Source: a virus
IMG/VR virus record: IMGVR_UViG_3300048927_000480
Span: 1-60,386 of that record
DNA: 60,386 nucleotides
Direction: 5' to 3' (one strand)
Position numbers and translations under genes: made by a program. The notes beneath the pieces were generated by a model. The model searched no databases and had not been told where the DNA came from. It saw only the letters and a list, made by a program, of their open reading frames with translations. Of the stretch, positions 44,333 to 52,452 are shown piece by piece (within the stretch, counting starts at the first letter, position 1; each line of letters opens with the position of its first letter).

Positions 44333-44680
44333 TCAGCCGGCCACCCGGTGCTGGCCGGCCCAGCGCTTCCACAGGTGGTCGACTTCCCGCGGTGGCTCGG
44401 TGTGTGCGGGACACGTGGCCTGGTGCGTGCACACGGGCAGCGCGATGCCGACCCCCGGCTCGCTGCCCGGTTGGCCTTCCTGCACCTTCAGCCCGGTCAG
44501 CTCGGAGCCGATCAGGAGGCCGGGCCCGAGAGCCCCGGTCGGGATGAACCAGCACAGCTGGTCGCGCTTGAACCCCGCAGTCTCGAGCCGGGTGATCATG
44601 TCCAGTCCGTGCGCGAACCAGCCGGAGTCCTCGAGCCGCTTTCGGATCTCGAGCTGCCGCATACGTTCGAAGGCATCCAT
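44333..44680 (-). CDS. Hypothetical protein (115 aa)
   Basis: ATG 44680 (MDAFERMRQ..) lies 2 nt after the upstream stop. The longer N-terminal extension is non-protein-like. Confidence 0.6.
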   Translation of the reverse strand: MDAFERMRQLEIRKRLEDSGWFAHGLDMITRLETAGFKRDQLCWFIPTGALGPGLLIGSELTGLKVQEGQPGSEPGVGIALPVCTHQATCPAHTEPPREVDHLWKRWAGQHRVAG

Positions 44681-44682
44681 GA

Positions 44683-44973
44683 TCAGATGAACCTCGTCTC
44701 GGGAACCTCGGCCCAGGCGATCGAGTCCTGGTTGTACCGTTTCCGGAGCTCGGTCAGGATCGCTTCCAGGTCTTCCGCAGCGGCATGGCTTCCGAGCTTG
44801 AACGCGGCGCATGCGTTCTGGTACGGAGAACTGGATTCGGAATACCACACCCCGAAGATCTGTTCCGATTCTCGCGTGATCGCGTGGATGAATTCTTCCA
44901 CATAACCGGACCAGGCGATCTGGCTTAGCTTGTCGTCGCTGTTTCCGATCGACGCGTAGACGGTGACGCTCAC
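44683..44973 (-). CDS. Hypothetical protein (96 aa)
   Basis: Complete ORF with noticeably lower GC than its neighbours. Confidence 0.65.
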   Translation of the reverse strand: MSVTVYASIGNSDDKLSQIAWSGYVEEFIHAITRESEQIFGVWYSESSSPYQNACAAFKLGSHAAAEDLEAILTELRKRYNQDSIAWAEVPETRFI

Positions 44974-45194
44974 TCGATCACCAGCTCAGCTTGCAGCTGC
45001 AACCCGCAGTTCGAGCAGGCCAGCTCCGGAATCACGACGAGGCCGGGCGCGATCTCCTGCAGCTCGAGGGTGTAGGAGAGCCCGCGGGTCTCGCAGTCGT
45101 TGTCAGCCTGCCCGTGGCTGCTGACCTGCAGTGTGCGCATCACCACCCGGGTCAGCGGGCCAATGTTGCTGGTGGCGTGGACGATCGTGTTCAT
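44970..45194 (-). CDS. Hypothetical protein (74 aa)
   Basis: 4-nt overlaps with both neighbours. Confidence 0.6.
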   Translation of the reverse strand: MNTIVHATSNIGPLTRVVMRTLQVSSHGQADNDCETRGLSYTLELQEIAPGLVVIPELACSNCGLQLQAELVIE

Positions 45195-45805
45195 GCGTTT
45201 TCCCTTACCAGGTCTTGTTTCTTGCGGAGGTCATCGATGATCTTCTTGCGGTATTGCGTTTCGTCGAACGGCCACATCGACGGTGGAGTCACCAGAGCCA
45301 GGCCGATGGAGGCGAGGGCGAGAGCGTCGGCTTCGTCGTTGGCGTTCTTCCGCGTCGTCGGTTCCCATTGCGCCCAGACTTTCGAGGCGTACATCGCCAT
45401 CGCGCCCTTGTCCGCGTTGCCGGCGCTGGTGATGAACATCTTGCCCTGGCCGGGCGTGGCGTGGACAACGGGGATGTCCCAGGCGAGCAGCGAGCCGACG
45501 ATCCGCCACCAGAGCCCGGCTCGGTCGATGAGGCTGCCGGCGAACGTGGCCGAGTTGAACAAGGTCTCGATCACGACAAGGTCGGCAGACTCACTGTCGT
45601 GTGCGCCTTGACGAAGTTCACCAGGACCCAGGGCAAAGTCGAGGATGTGGTTGCTGATCATGCTCTGTCGGTTGAACCGTTGCTCCAGCGAATCAGCCTG
45701 CTCGCCTTTGCTCACAACAGCTTTCGTGGTAGGGACTCCGTCCACAATGGACGCGAGCCCTGTACCGGTGAGCGAGAGGTCGATCCCGACGATCTTCATA
45801 GCCAT
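45191..45805 (-). CDS. ruvC: RuvC-like Holliday junction resolvase (204 aa)
   Basis: IVGIDLSLTGTG (catalytic Asp), VVIE and NDEADALA motifs of the RuvC/RNase H fold. Confidence 0.8.
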   Translation of the reverse strand: MAMKIVGIDLSLTGTGLASIVDGVPTTKAVVSKGEQADSLEQRFNRQSMISNHILDFALGPGELRQGAHDSESADLVVIETLFNSATFAGSLIDRAGLWWRIVGSLLAWDIPVVHATPGQGKMFITSAGNADKGAMAMYASKVWAQWEPTTRKNANDEADALALASIGLALVTPPSMWPFDETQYRKKIIDDLRKKQDLVRENA

Positions 45806-45975
45806 CCTTTGCGGTTACTCGTGGTCCAGAACAGGACAGCCATCTCCGCGGCGAGAACATCCGAGCCTCGCAGACCCAGGATCAGCACCACGAGCAAGAC
45901 ACCAGCGAACGGTCCCGCACTGACCCAGGCATCGGCTGCTCGGCCGGGGATATCCCAGTCAGTGCGGGCACTCAT
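45796..45975 (-). CDS. Possible single-TM micro-protein (59 aa)
   Basis: ATGA overlap with the HTH gene stop. TM segment GPFAGVLLVVLILGL. Below the ORF-track cutoff. Confidence 0.5.
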   Translation of the reverse strand: MSARTDWDIPGRAADAWVSAGPFAGVLLVVLILGLRGSDVLAAEMAVLFWTTSNRKGWL

Positions 45976-46253
45976 GAACGTGGTCCGACGCGACCGGGCA
46001 TCGCCGGTGGGATGTTGAACTTTTTCTCGAGGAAGGCACGCAGCTGGGCGCCGTAGTCGGTGAGCGGTTTGCCGCGGGAGTTGGTGCCGTCGACGGGTGT
46101 GTTGAATGCCTTCATCTGTTTCGAAGCCGGCCAGCCCAGTTCCTCTTCGATCTTGAGCATCGACTCCTTACTCGGTGAGCGGTTTCCGCTCATCCAGTGG
46201 AAAAGCGTACCGCGGTGCACCCCCAACTTGTCCGCGATCTCCTGGATTTCCAT
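45972..46253 (-). CDS. XRE/Cro-type helix-turn-helix transcriptional regulator (93 aa)
   Basis: N-terminal IQEIADKLGVHRGTLFHWMSG is a classic HTH. First gene of the leftward block, next to divergent promoters. Apparently leaderless. Confidence 0.75.
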   Translation of the reverse strand: MEIQEIADKLGVHRGTLFHWMSGNRSPSKESMLKIEEELGWPASKQMKAFNTPVDGTNSRGKPLTDYGAQLRAFLEKKFNIPPAMPGRVGPRS

Positions 46254-46259
46254 ACGGGC

Positions 46260-46280
46260 ACCTTACCAGTTGGACGACGT
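46260..46280 (-). promoter_or_regulatory. Leftward promoter/operator motif (ACGTCG-TCCAACTGG-TAAGGT)
   Basis: Motif family member on the - strand. -10 TAAGGT (complement of 46260-46265) lies only 6 nt from ATG 46253. Confidence 0.5.
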
Positions 46281-46286
46281 CATGTG

Positions 46287-46316
46287 TTGTACTGCGTGTA
46301 GTCCAGAGGGTAAACT
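46287..46316 (+). promoter_or_regulatory. Rightward promoter TTGTAC-18-TAAACT with GTAGTCCAGAGGG spacer
   Basis: -35 at 46287-46292 and -10 at 46311-46316. The spacer matches the motif family. Lies 34 nt upstream of ATG 46351. Confidence 0.55.
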
Positions 46317-46350
46317 CCCGGGCTACGCGCCGACAAGAGACGAGGGGCAC

Positions 46351-46899
46351 ATGAGACTCAGGCCGATCAAGCCAAAACCGCCGGGCTACCGCACCGCTCA
46401 ACTGGTGCTGGTCCCGGTGATCGCCGCACTGCTTGCGCTCAACGGGCTGATCGTGGCGTGTAACGATAAGGAGAACTCGTGGAACAGCCCGCGGAACACC
46501 CCGAGCGAAGCGCCGGTGCTCCCGGCCCGTCGGCTGGCTTCGGAGATCCAGACCACACCGACGCCGGCGACCTTCACGCCAGATGCTGCAGCAACCCGGA
46601 CACCGGGTGCGGGTGCAGGGACTGGCTCCCCGAGCCAGGAGACCCTGCCTACCTCGGTTGGCTCACCGAGCTCGACGAAACCCTCTGACCAGCAAGAACA
46701 GCAAAATTTTTCGGCGCGTCCCACCGTGCTTCCTGAATCGATTCAGAACGACGGGCTGACCCCGTGCCAGCGGTCCGCGGCCGCGTGCTTCGGTGTCGGT
46801 GGCCTCGACTCGTTGCTGGACAACCTCGACGGGATCGGTACCCAGCGTGGGAACAGTCAGTTCTGCTTCGAGTTCCAGGATGGCTGTGAGCGTCGATGA
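46351..46899 (+). CDS. Putative lipoprotein / membrane-anchored secreted protein (182 aa)
   Basis: Signal-anchor LVLVPVIAALLALNGLIVAC with a lipobox-like LIVAC, then a Pro/Thr/Ser-rich linker and a Cys-containing C-domain. Confidence 0.6.
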   Translation: MRLRPIKPKPPGYRTAQLVLVPVIAALLALNGLIVACNDKENSWNSPRNTPSEAPVLPARRLASEIQTTPTPATFTPDAAATRTPGAGAGTGSPSQETLPTSVGSPSSTKPSDQQEQQNFSARPTVLPESIQNDGLTPCQRSAAACFGVGGLDSLLDNLDGIGTQRGNSQFCFEFQDGCERR

Positions 46900-47222
46900 G
46901 CACCGAGATGCCCAGTCCGCAGGAATGCAAGGCCAAGGCGATCATTCTGATCCGGGACTCCTCGAATCTGCACGACCTCACCGAGCAGAGCGTCATGGTC
47001 CAGGCCGCGCAGGTTTGGGCGACGCTGGCCACCGTGCCCGAGCCGCTCGAGGAGCTCACCGCGGTCGCGCCGACGTGGGTCGGGGGCCCCACGATCGAGC
47101 AGCCGCCGGTGCTCGTCTGCCCGCACGGGTACCAGGCCCGGATCGACACCATCGAGGCCGAGGGCCGGCCGGTCCAGCTCCGCTACACCTGGCACGACTG
47201 CCCCAGCCCGAGCTGTCCATGA
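46896..47222 (+). CDS. Hypothetical protein (108 aa)
   Basis: ATGA overlap with the upstream CDS. Confidence 0.6.
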   Translation: MSTEMPSPQECKAKAIILIRDSSNLHDLTEQSVMVQAAQVWATLATVPEPLEELTAVAPTWVGGPTIEQPPVLVCPHGYQARIDTIEAEGRPVQLRYTWHDCPSPSCP

Positions 47223-47662
47223 GTGTGACCAAGGGCTACCCGGTCCGGCTCAAGCCGCGGTCGCCCTCGCAGCTGCGGGACGTCCCGTGCGGCCGCGCGC
47301 CGGCGGGCCTGTTCGACATTCCACCGCGGCCCGCCCGCGGCGCCAGGCTCCGGGCTCGACAGTTGCAGGTCGCCATGGCCCAGGCGGTGTGCCGCGGCGT
47401 CCCGGGCCGGCCCGGGTGCCCGTTCCGGCTCGAGTGCCTGGCATGGGCGCTGCAGGCCCGTGAGATCGGCGTCTACGGTGGAGTCGAGGTGACCTCAACA
47501 ATCTTGCGGAATGAGCAAAGCCGGCGGGAGATGATGGATCGTGCCACCGAGGAAGCGGCAGCACCGGCGAACCAACGGGGAAAGCTGGCAGAACGATCCG
47601 GACAAGCCGGCGGAGGTGAACCGGCACGACCGCAAGCCGAAGGGCCAGCCCGAGTATCTTGA
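47219..47662 (+). CDS. whiB: WhiB-family Fe-S transcription factor-like protein (147 aa)
   Basis: Four Cys in a WhiB arrangement (..PCG.., AVCRG, GCPFRLEC) followed by GVYGG (the GxWGG turn). The 3' 122 nt overlap the next CDS. Confidence 0.7.
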   Translation: MSVTKGYPVRLKPRSPSQLRDVPCGRAPAGLFDIPPRPARGARLRARQLQVAMAQAVCRGVPGRPGCPFRLECLAWALQAREIGVYGGVEVTSTILRNEQSRREMMDRATEEAAAPANQRGKLAERSGQAGGGEPARPQAEGPARVS

Positions 47663-48284
47663 TCACCCGAAGAACGCCAAGGGCGAGAACATCTGCGGTG
47701 GCCGCAAGAGCAACGGGAAGATCTGCGAACTCACCGCGGGGCTGTACACCGACCACATCGGCTGGGGAAAGTGCAGCTTCCACGGAGGCAACACTCCGAC
47801 GTTGCGGACGAGCGCAGCGCGGTACATGGGCGGAGAGGTGATCGACCGGATGACGAATGCGTACGGGCTCGGCGGGCCGGTCGAAATCACCCCGCAAGAG
47901 GCACTACTGCAAGAGGTTCGCCGCTCAGCTGGGCACGTCGGGTTCCTGAAGGACCGGCTGAACATGTTCGACTTGAAACTTGGCGAGGAGGTTCTTTCCG
48001 AAGCCAAGCGCGAACTGGTGGAGCTGTACCAGAAGGAACGGCTCATGCTTGTCAAGGTGGCCAAGGCCGCGGTCGACGCGGGCATCGCACAGGAACGTGT
48101 GCAACTGGAGCGGGAGAAGGGTGTCAAGCTAGTAGAGGTCCTGCGCAAGGTCTTCGACGGGCTGAGCTTGAGCATCGAGCAGCAGCGCCTGCTTCCTATC
48201 CTCGTGCCGGCGGCGCTACGCGAGCTCACTGAGCCGAAGACCGTGATGCAGCTGGAGCAACCTCCGCAGTTGAGCGGCGGGTAG
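47541..48284 (+). CDS. Zinc-ribbon DNA-binding-like protein (CGG..GKIC...GWGKCSFHGG motif, 247 aa); small-terminase role only speculative
   Basis: Third-position GC is very high from GTG 47541 onward by hand count. Cys4/HGG motif followed by a helical C-terminus. Confidence 0.7.
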   Translation: MPPRKRQHRRTNGESWQNDPDKPAEVNRHDRKPKGQPEYLDHPKNAKGENICGGRKSNGKICELTAGLYTDHIGWGKCSFHGGNTPTLRTSAARYMGGEVIDRMTNAYGLGGPVEITPQEALLQEVRRSAGHVGFLKDRLNMFDLKLGEEVLSEAKRELVELYQKERLMLVKVAKAAVDAGIAQERVQLEREKGVKLVEVLRKVFDGLSLSIEQQRLLPILVPAALRELTEPKTVMQLEQPPQLSGG

Positions 48285-48299
48285 TCCGTATGCTAACGT
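48270..48299 (+). promoter_or_regulatory. Promoter TTGAGC-18-TAACGT (motif family)
   Basis: -35 at 48270-48275 and -10 at 48294-48299. Drives the ORF-less structured segment. Confidence 0.55.
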
Positions 48300-48305
48300 C
48301 GAAAA

Positions 48306-48430
48306 GACGCTGCGTGGCGCAGCGGGCCGCCGGGTTTCCCGATTCAACTCCCCCTCGTCCCGGCGGTCGGAAACCCCTTGCCTGGTCTGCTTGGACCCCA
48401 CTAGACCGACTGGGCGAGGGGTTTCTTCTT
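48306..48430 (+). ncRNA. Candidate phage small RNA (about 125 nt)
   Basis: No ATG-initiated ORF. Hairpins at 48309-48323 and 48325-48334/48359-48368. Long terminal stem 48370-48382/48412-48425 followed by TTTCTTCTT. Confidence 0.35.
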
Positions 48431-48457
48431 GTCCACGAGTCATCCAACTGGTAACGT
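48429..48457 (+). promoter_or_regulatory. Promoter TTGTCC-17-TAACGT (motif family)
   Basis: -35 at 48429-48434 and -10 at 48452-48457. Lies 32 nt upstream of ATG 48490. Confidence 0.55.
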
Positions 48458-48489
48458 CAATCCTCTACCAGCGAACAAGGAGATCCCCG

Positions 48490-48696
48490 ATGGGAGCGAT
48501 CATCGTGCAGGAGCAGCCCGAGGTCAACATGACCACCGAGGCCGCCGAACAGGCGCTCGACCAGAAGATCACCACCCCGGACAACTGCATCTGCGACTAC
48601 GCCACAGTCCTGCCGTACCACCTGCTCCAGCGGGTGATCAATCCGGCGTGCACCGTGGAGCACGGCGTGGAGCTGGAGCGGGAGCGCGACAAGTGA
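48490..48696 (+). CDS. Hypothetical protein (68 aa)
   Basis: ATG 48490 after AAGGAG. Confidence 0.6.
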   Translation: MGAIIVQEQPEVNMTTEAAEQALDQKITTPDNCICDYATVLPYHLLQRVINPACTVEHGVELERERDK

Positions 48697-48878
48697 GTAA
48701 CCCTGTGGTCATCAGGGTCTCCGTTGAAACACCTACGGAGTCCTATACCACTGACTTTGAAATTCCGCGGGAAGAGTGGAATGCCATGACGCCCGACGAG
48801 CGGGTCAAGTATGCGGAAGACACTGCTTCCACGGAGTTCTTCAGCTCTTGTAACTACGGATACTCGGTGCAGGAATGA
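48693..48878 (+). CDS. Hypothetical protein (61 aa)
   Basis: GTGA overlap with the upstream CDS. Confidence 0.55.
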   Translation: MSNPVVIRVSVETPTESYTTDFEIPREEWNAMTPDERVKYAEDTASTEFFSSCNYGYSVQE

Positions 48879-49060
48879 ACGATCTCCGGTTCGATGTCTG
48901 GGAGCAACAGGGCCGCGGCCGTGAAACGACCGGCTGGTCCAACGTCCTTCGCAACGTCTCGTTCGACGAGGCCGAGCAGTATGAGCTCGCGGCAGAAAAC
49001 CGGGTGCATGTCGAGATCCATGTTCCTCCGCACTTGCGGCTGACGTCATCCACTGGGTAA
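48875..49060 (+). CDS. Hypothetical protein (61 aa)
   Basis: ATGA overlap with the upstream CDS. Confidence 0.55.
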   Translation: MNDLRFDVWEQQGRGRETTGWSNVLRNVSFDEAEQYELAAENRVHVEIHVPPHLRLTSSTG

Positions 49061-49063
49061 CGT
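49034..49063 (+). promoter_or_regulatory. Promoter TTGCGG-18-TAACGT (motif family), internal to the 3' end of the upstream CDS
   Basis: -10 at 49058-49063 lies only 6 nt before ATG 49070, so a leaderless start is predicted. Confidence 0.5.
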
Positions 49064-49069
49064 AAGGGC

Positions 49070-49261
49070 ATGGCGAACACGAACCCGAGACGCGATGAAA
49101 TCGCGAAGAAGACCAACGATGCCACCCGGGCCAGGATCGCAGCACGGCACAAGATCCTGGGCGACCGCAGTGTGGGTAAGGATCCGGATCACCCGGTTCC
49201 TGGTTCGCAGAGATGGGCCGAGCAACAGGGGCTCGCCGAGAAGAAGGAAGACCCGAAGTGA
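49070..49261 (+). CDS. Hypothetical basic protein (63 aa), apparently leaderless
   Basis: ATG 49070 has no room for an RBS after the -10. Confidence 0.55.
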   Translation: MANTNPRRDEIAKKTNDATRARIAARHKILGDRSVGKDPDHPVPGSQRWAEQQGLAEKKEDPK

Positions 49262-50586
49262 GCGAGACGTTCAAGGCCGCACTCGACGCGGCGCTGCAGT
49301 TTCACAACAGCCACACCGGGGACGCGTCCAAGGGCGATATCCTTGACACGGCTAAGATTTTCTACCGGGAGCTCGCCGTGGCGGCTCCGAGCGGTGTCGA
49401 CAACTTCACCGAGGACTGGGATCGTCAGGTCTGGACCTGGCTTCGCGTGCTCAACGGCGACCAGCTCGGCTGCGTCTCGACCGCCGTACAGCGGATCTCC
49501 GCCGAGCGGAACCCGTCCGTGGCACCACTACTTGCGCAGCCTCCGGGCCCGTACGCATCGGTGCCGCCCGTGCACCAGGAGGCCTGGGCCCTGCTCGACA
49601 AGCTGAACGGTCCGCAGCTGTACCCGGGCACCGCGGCGCCGATCGGCCCGCTCGTGACCCGTGACGAGCTGGAGCAGCGTCTCGCCGAGCTCGGCGGTGA
49701 CCGGAACAACGCCGGCGAAGTCGCGACGGCCGCCGGATCATGGCGTGACCGCACCCTGGCACCGGAGCCCGCTGCAATCAGCGAGGCTCTCGGGCGACAA
49801 GACGGGGAGACGCTGCTCGCCACCGCCGAGCGGGTCGCTACCGAACTCGCGGCTGCCAAAGACAAGATCCGACAGCTCGAGGGCAACTCGCTCGTGCTCC
49901 CGTACCCGCAGATCCTCGCCGCGATCAACGAGACCCTGGGCCGCCGGTCCAGCGAGGCACCGACCGCGGCCGCCGAGCGCGTGATGTCGGAGCTCGCGGG
50001 ATGGAAAATCCGAGCCGAGCACGCCGAGGCGCGGGTCACCGCAGCCAGGCCCGTCGCGCCGCCTCTGGCCGAGGCCGGTAACCAGATCCGGATCCGCACC
50101 CGCGGCGCCGACGTCTACACCTCGACCACCGTGGCCACGGAGCTGGAGTACAGCCCGACCGAGGGGTTCTTCGCCCTTGTCCCGCCGGGCGCGTTCGCCG
50201 AGGGCCGCCGGGACGAGATCGCGACCGAGAGCATCGACGCGCTGCTCAAGGCCCTCGCGCCGGCCAAGCTCAGCGGGACGATCCTGCAGCAGGTGAAGGT
50301 ACTCGTCGGTACCGTGTCTGGTCTGCGCAACCGGATCAAAGAGCTGGAGACAGGGCGGGAAACCTTCGAGAGCGAGATCCGGACTCTTCTGGGCGCCCAG
50401 GACGAGCAGGAGAGCGATGATCACTGGTGCCCCCGGCAACCGACCCTCGATGCAGTACAACGGGTAATGCGCAGGTTGCTCGAAATCGACCGCCACGCCG
50501 ATGGTGCGAAGAAGACAAAGCACGAGGTCATCGACGCACTCCAGAACACGTGGCACTACGACGGGCACAAGGAGCTGAAAGCCTGA
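49258..50586 (+). CDS. Hypothetical coiled-coil-rich protein (442 aa)
   Basis: GTGA overlap with the upstream CDS. Long helical segments. Confidence 0.7.
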   Translation: MSETFKAALDAALQFHNSHTGDASKGDILDTAKIFYRELAVAAPSGVDNFTEDWDRQVWTWLRVLNGDQLGCVSTAVQRISAERNPSVAPLLAQPPGPYASVPPVHQEAWALLDKLNGPQLYPGTAAPIGPLVTRDELEQRLAELGGDRNNAGEVATAAGSWRDRTLAPEPAAISEALGRQDGETLLATAERVATELAAAKDKIRQLEGNSLVLPYPQILAAINETLGRRSSEAPTAAAERVMSELAGWKIRAEHAEARVTAARPVAPPLAEAGNQIRIRTRGADVYTSTTVATELEYSPTEGFFALVPPGAFAEGRRDEIATESIDALLKALAPAKLSGTILQQVKVLVGTVSGLRNRIKELETGRETFESEIRTLLGAQDEQESDDHWCPRQPTLDAVQRVMRRLLEIDRHADGAKKTKHEVIDALQNTWHYDGHKELKA

Positions 50587-50885
50587 TGGCGATCACACGG
50601 TTCATCAGCTCCTGGCGGAAGCCCGAGGGCCTCGACATCGGGGAAATGCGGCGGCATCACGACATGCTGCTGGCGCTGCGATATCTTGCCGACCACCCTG
50701 ATGAGGAGATCTGGATCCCCGGAACATCCATTGCCCTCGTCGAGGAGCTCACACGACTCGTCGAGGCCTGTGGCGGCAATGGGAACGTCATGGTGATCGA
50801 TAGGCTCAAGGAAGCCGCCACCCCCGACCAACCAGCGGGGCGAACCTGGTCCCTCGTTGACCCCACGAAAGCGGAAAAGGCATGA
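50586..50885 (+). CDS. Hypothetical protein (99 aa)
   Basis: TGATG overlap with the upstream CDS. Confidence 0.6.
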   Translation: MAITRFISSWRKPEGLDIGEMRRHHDMLLALRYLADHPDEEIWIPGTSIALVEELTRLVEACGGNGNVMVIDRLKEAATPDQPAGRTWSLVDPTKAEKA

Positions 50886-51487
50886 CCACCAGAGACCGGA
50901 TCTTCGCCGAGATCACCGCGGAACGGCAACGGCAAGACGAGAAGTGGGGAGAGCAGAACCACCCGCTCACTTTCCCCGGAAGTTATCGGACGCCCGAGTT
51001 CTGGCACACCGAGGCTGAGTCCTGGAAGCAGACCAACGATCACCGCGCCGGGGTCCGGAACGCTGATGGATACCCCGCGGACCGCAACCGCGCCTGGGAC
51101 GGGATCCTCGAAGAAGAGGTCGCCGAGGCCTTTGGCTCCGGACGCGTGGGCCTGCAGTACGCGGAGTTCGTCCAGGCTGCCGGCGTCACCGTGGCGATCC
51201 TTGAGCTGCTCAATCGCCAGTGCTTCGAGCAGACTGGCCACCTCGCCTCGTGTTCGGCGCTCGACGTCGACTGGGTCGTCACTGCGCCGGAGGCCTGCGA
51301 CTGCGAGCCGAAGCTGCGGTACGAGCCCAAGCGGCTGGACACCCTGTTCGATACCTGGGGGATCTGGGATAACCGCGAAGAGGACTTCTGGCCAGGCGAC
51401 GTCGGCAACTCCGAGGGAGACTGCCGGTCGCGGGCGAGGGCCCTGAACGAGGAGTGGGCGATGAAGCGGTCCAAGGAGGACGTGTGA
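50882..51487 (+). CDS. MazG-like nucleotide pyrophosphohydrolase domain protein (201 aa)
   Basis: N-terminal ERQRQDEKWGEQNH ... WDGILEEEVAEA resembles the all-alpha NTP-PPase signature. Read by eye only. Confidence 0.55.
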   Translation: MTTRDRIFAEITAERQRQDEKWGEQNHPLTFPGSYRTPEFWHTEAESWKQTNDHRAGVRNADGYPADRNRAWDGILEEEVAEAFGSGRVGLQYAEFVQAAGVTVAILELLNRQCFEQTGHLASCSALDVDWVVTAPEACDCEPKLRYEPKRLDTLFDTWGIWDNREEDFWPGDVGNSEGDCRSRARALNEEWAMKRSKEDV

Positions 51488-52452
51488 GCGACGAGTTCTG
51501 GACACCGGAAGAAGACGCCGAGTTCGCCCAGGCTGAGCTGGACGACGCTGCAGCGAGTCAGGCGGCCGAAGACCAGTTCCCGACCGGCTGGACCGACGTC
51601 GGTGTGACGACGGAGCCGATCCAGCTCGGCCGGAGCATCGTGATCGGGCCAGCGGAGCTCTACACGCAGCCGGTGACGAGCCCGATCTTCGAGGCGATCG
51701 ACCGGGCCAGCCAGGACCGGACACCTGTCGTCGAATCCACTACTGACATAGGCTCATTCGCCCGGATCCTGGAGTCGCTGACCGAGAGTCTCACCAGCTT
51801 CACCAAGACCGTCCAGGGCGCCGCGAAGACGGCCAGCTCCGCCGGAGACAAGCTCGACGCCCTCGAGCAGATCTACGGCCCGCTGACCCACCACCGGCGC
51901 CAGGTGGCGCTCATCGGCACCGGGAAGCGTCGGCATCGTGCGACCCGAGGCACGCGGACCGAGCTCGGCCTGAACCGCGCTGAGCACGCGCGTCGACGGC
52001 GGCTGTACTCCGAGCGGCTCCGGCGCGACCGGCGGCGGATCCGGAAGGGCCGGGCGCCCATCCTCCGCTCGAGCACCTTCGAGGCGGTCATCCCGAACGC
52101 CCAGATCAACGTCACGAAGGCCGGCCCCGAGTACTGGGGCATGGAGATCGTCGCAGCTCCCTGGGTGCCCGAGGACCAGGCCTACATCATCGACCCGAGC
52201 ACCCTCGACGGCTATCGGTTCACCGAGCCGAAGGACCTCGACGTGGACCTCGCCACGTGGCGAGCGAGTTGGCGCGGCCGGTTGATGAGCACCCTCGGGC
52301 TGTACAGCGGCCTCACGGGCCGGACGCATCGGGTGACGAACTTCCTGATCCAGGCCGACACGGGGCGACGCCGTGGATACCGGCCCAGCCGGGTCTGGGT
52401 CGATAACGTCGAGGTGGACGTTGACCGCTGGCTGGACGACGGGGGCGCGTGA
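51484..52452 (+). CDS. Hypothetical protein (322 aa)
   Basis: GTG 51484 overlaps the upstream stop. Confidence 0.65.
   Translation: MSDEFWTPEEDAEFAQAELDDAAASQAAEDQFPTGWTDVGVTTEPIQLGRSIVIGPAELYTQPVTSPIFEAIDRASQDRTPVVESTTDIGSFARILESLTESLTSFTKTVQGAAKTASSAGDKLDALEQIYGPLTHHRRQVALIGTGKRRHRATRGTRTELGLNRAEHARRRRLYSERLRRDRRRIRKGRAPILRSSTFEAVIPNAQINVTKAGPEYWGMEIVAAPWVPEDQAYIIDPSTLDGYRFTEPKDLDVDLATWRASWRGRLMSTLGLYSGLTGRTHRVTNFLIQADTGRRRGYRPSRVWVDNVEVDVDRWLDDGGA

Noticed and set aside
48300-48430. Possible tRNA (GCGCAG..., TTCAACT loop-like sequences).
   Set aside because: No acceptor, D or T stems can be paired into a cloverleaf. The putative T-loop lacks complementary flanks. A generic structured RNA with a terminator explains it better.
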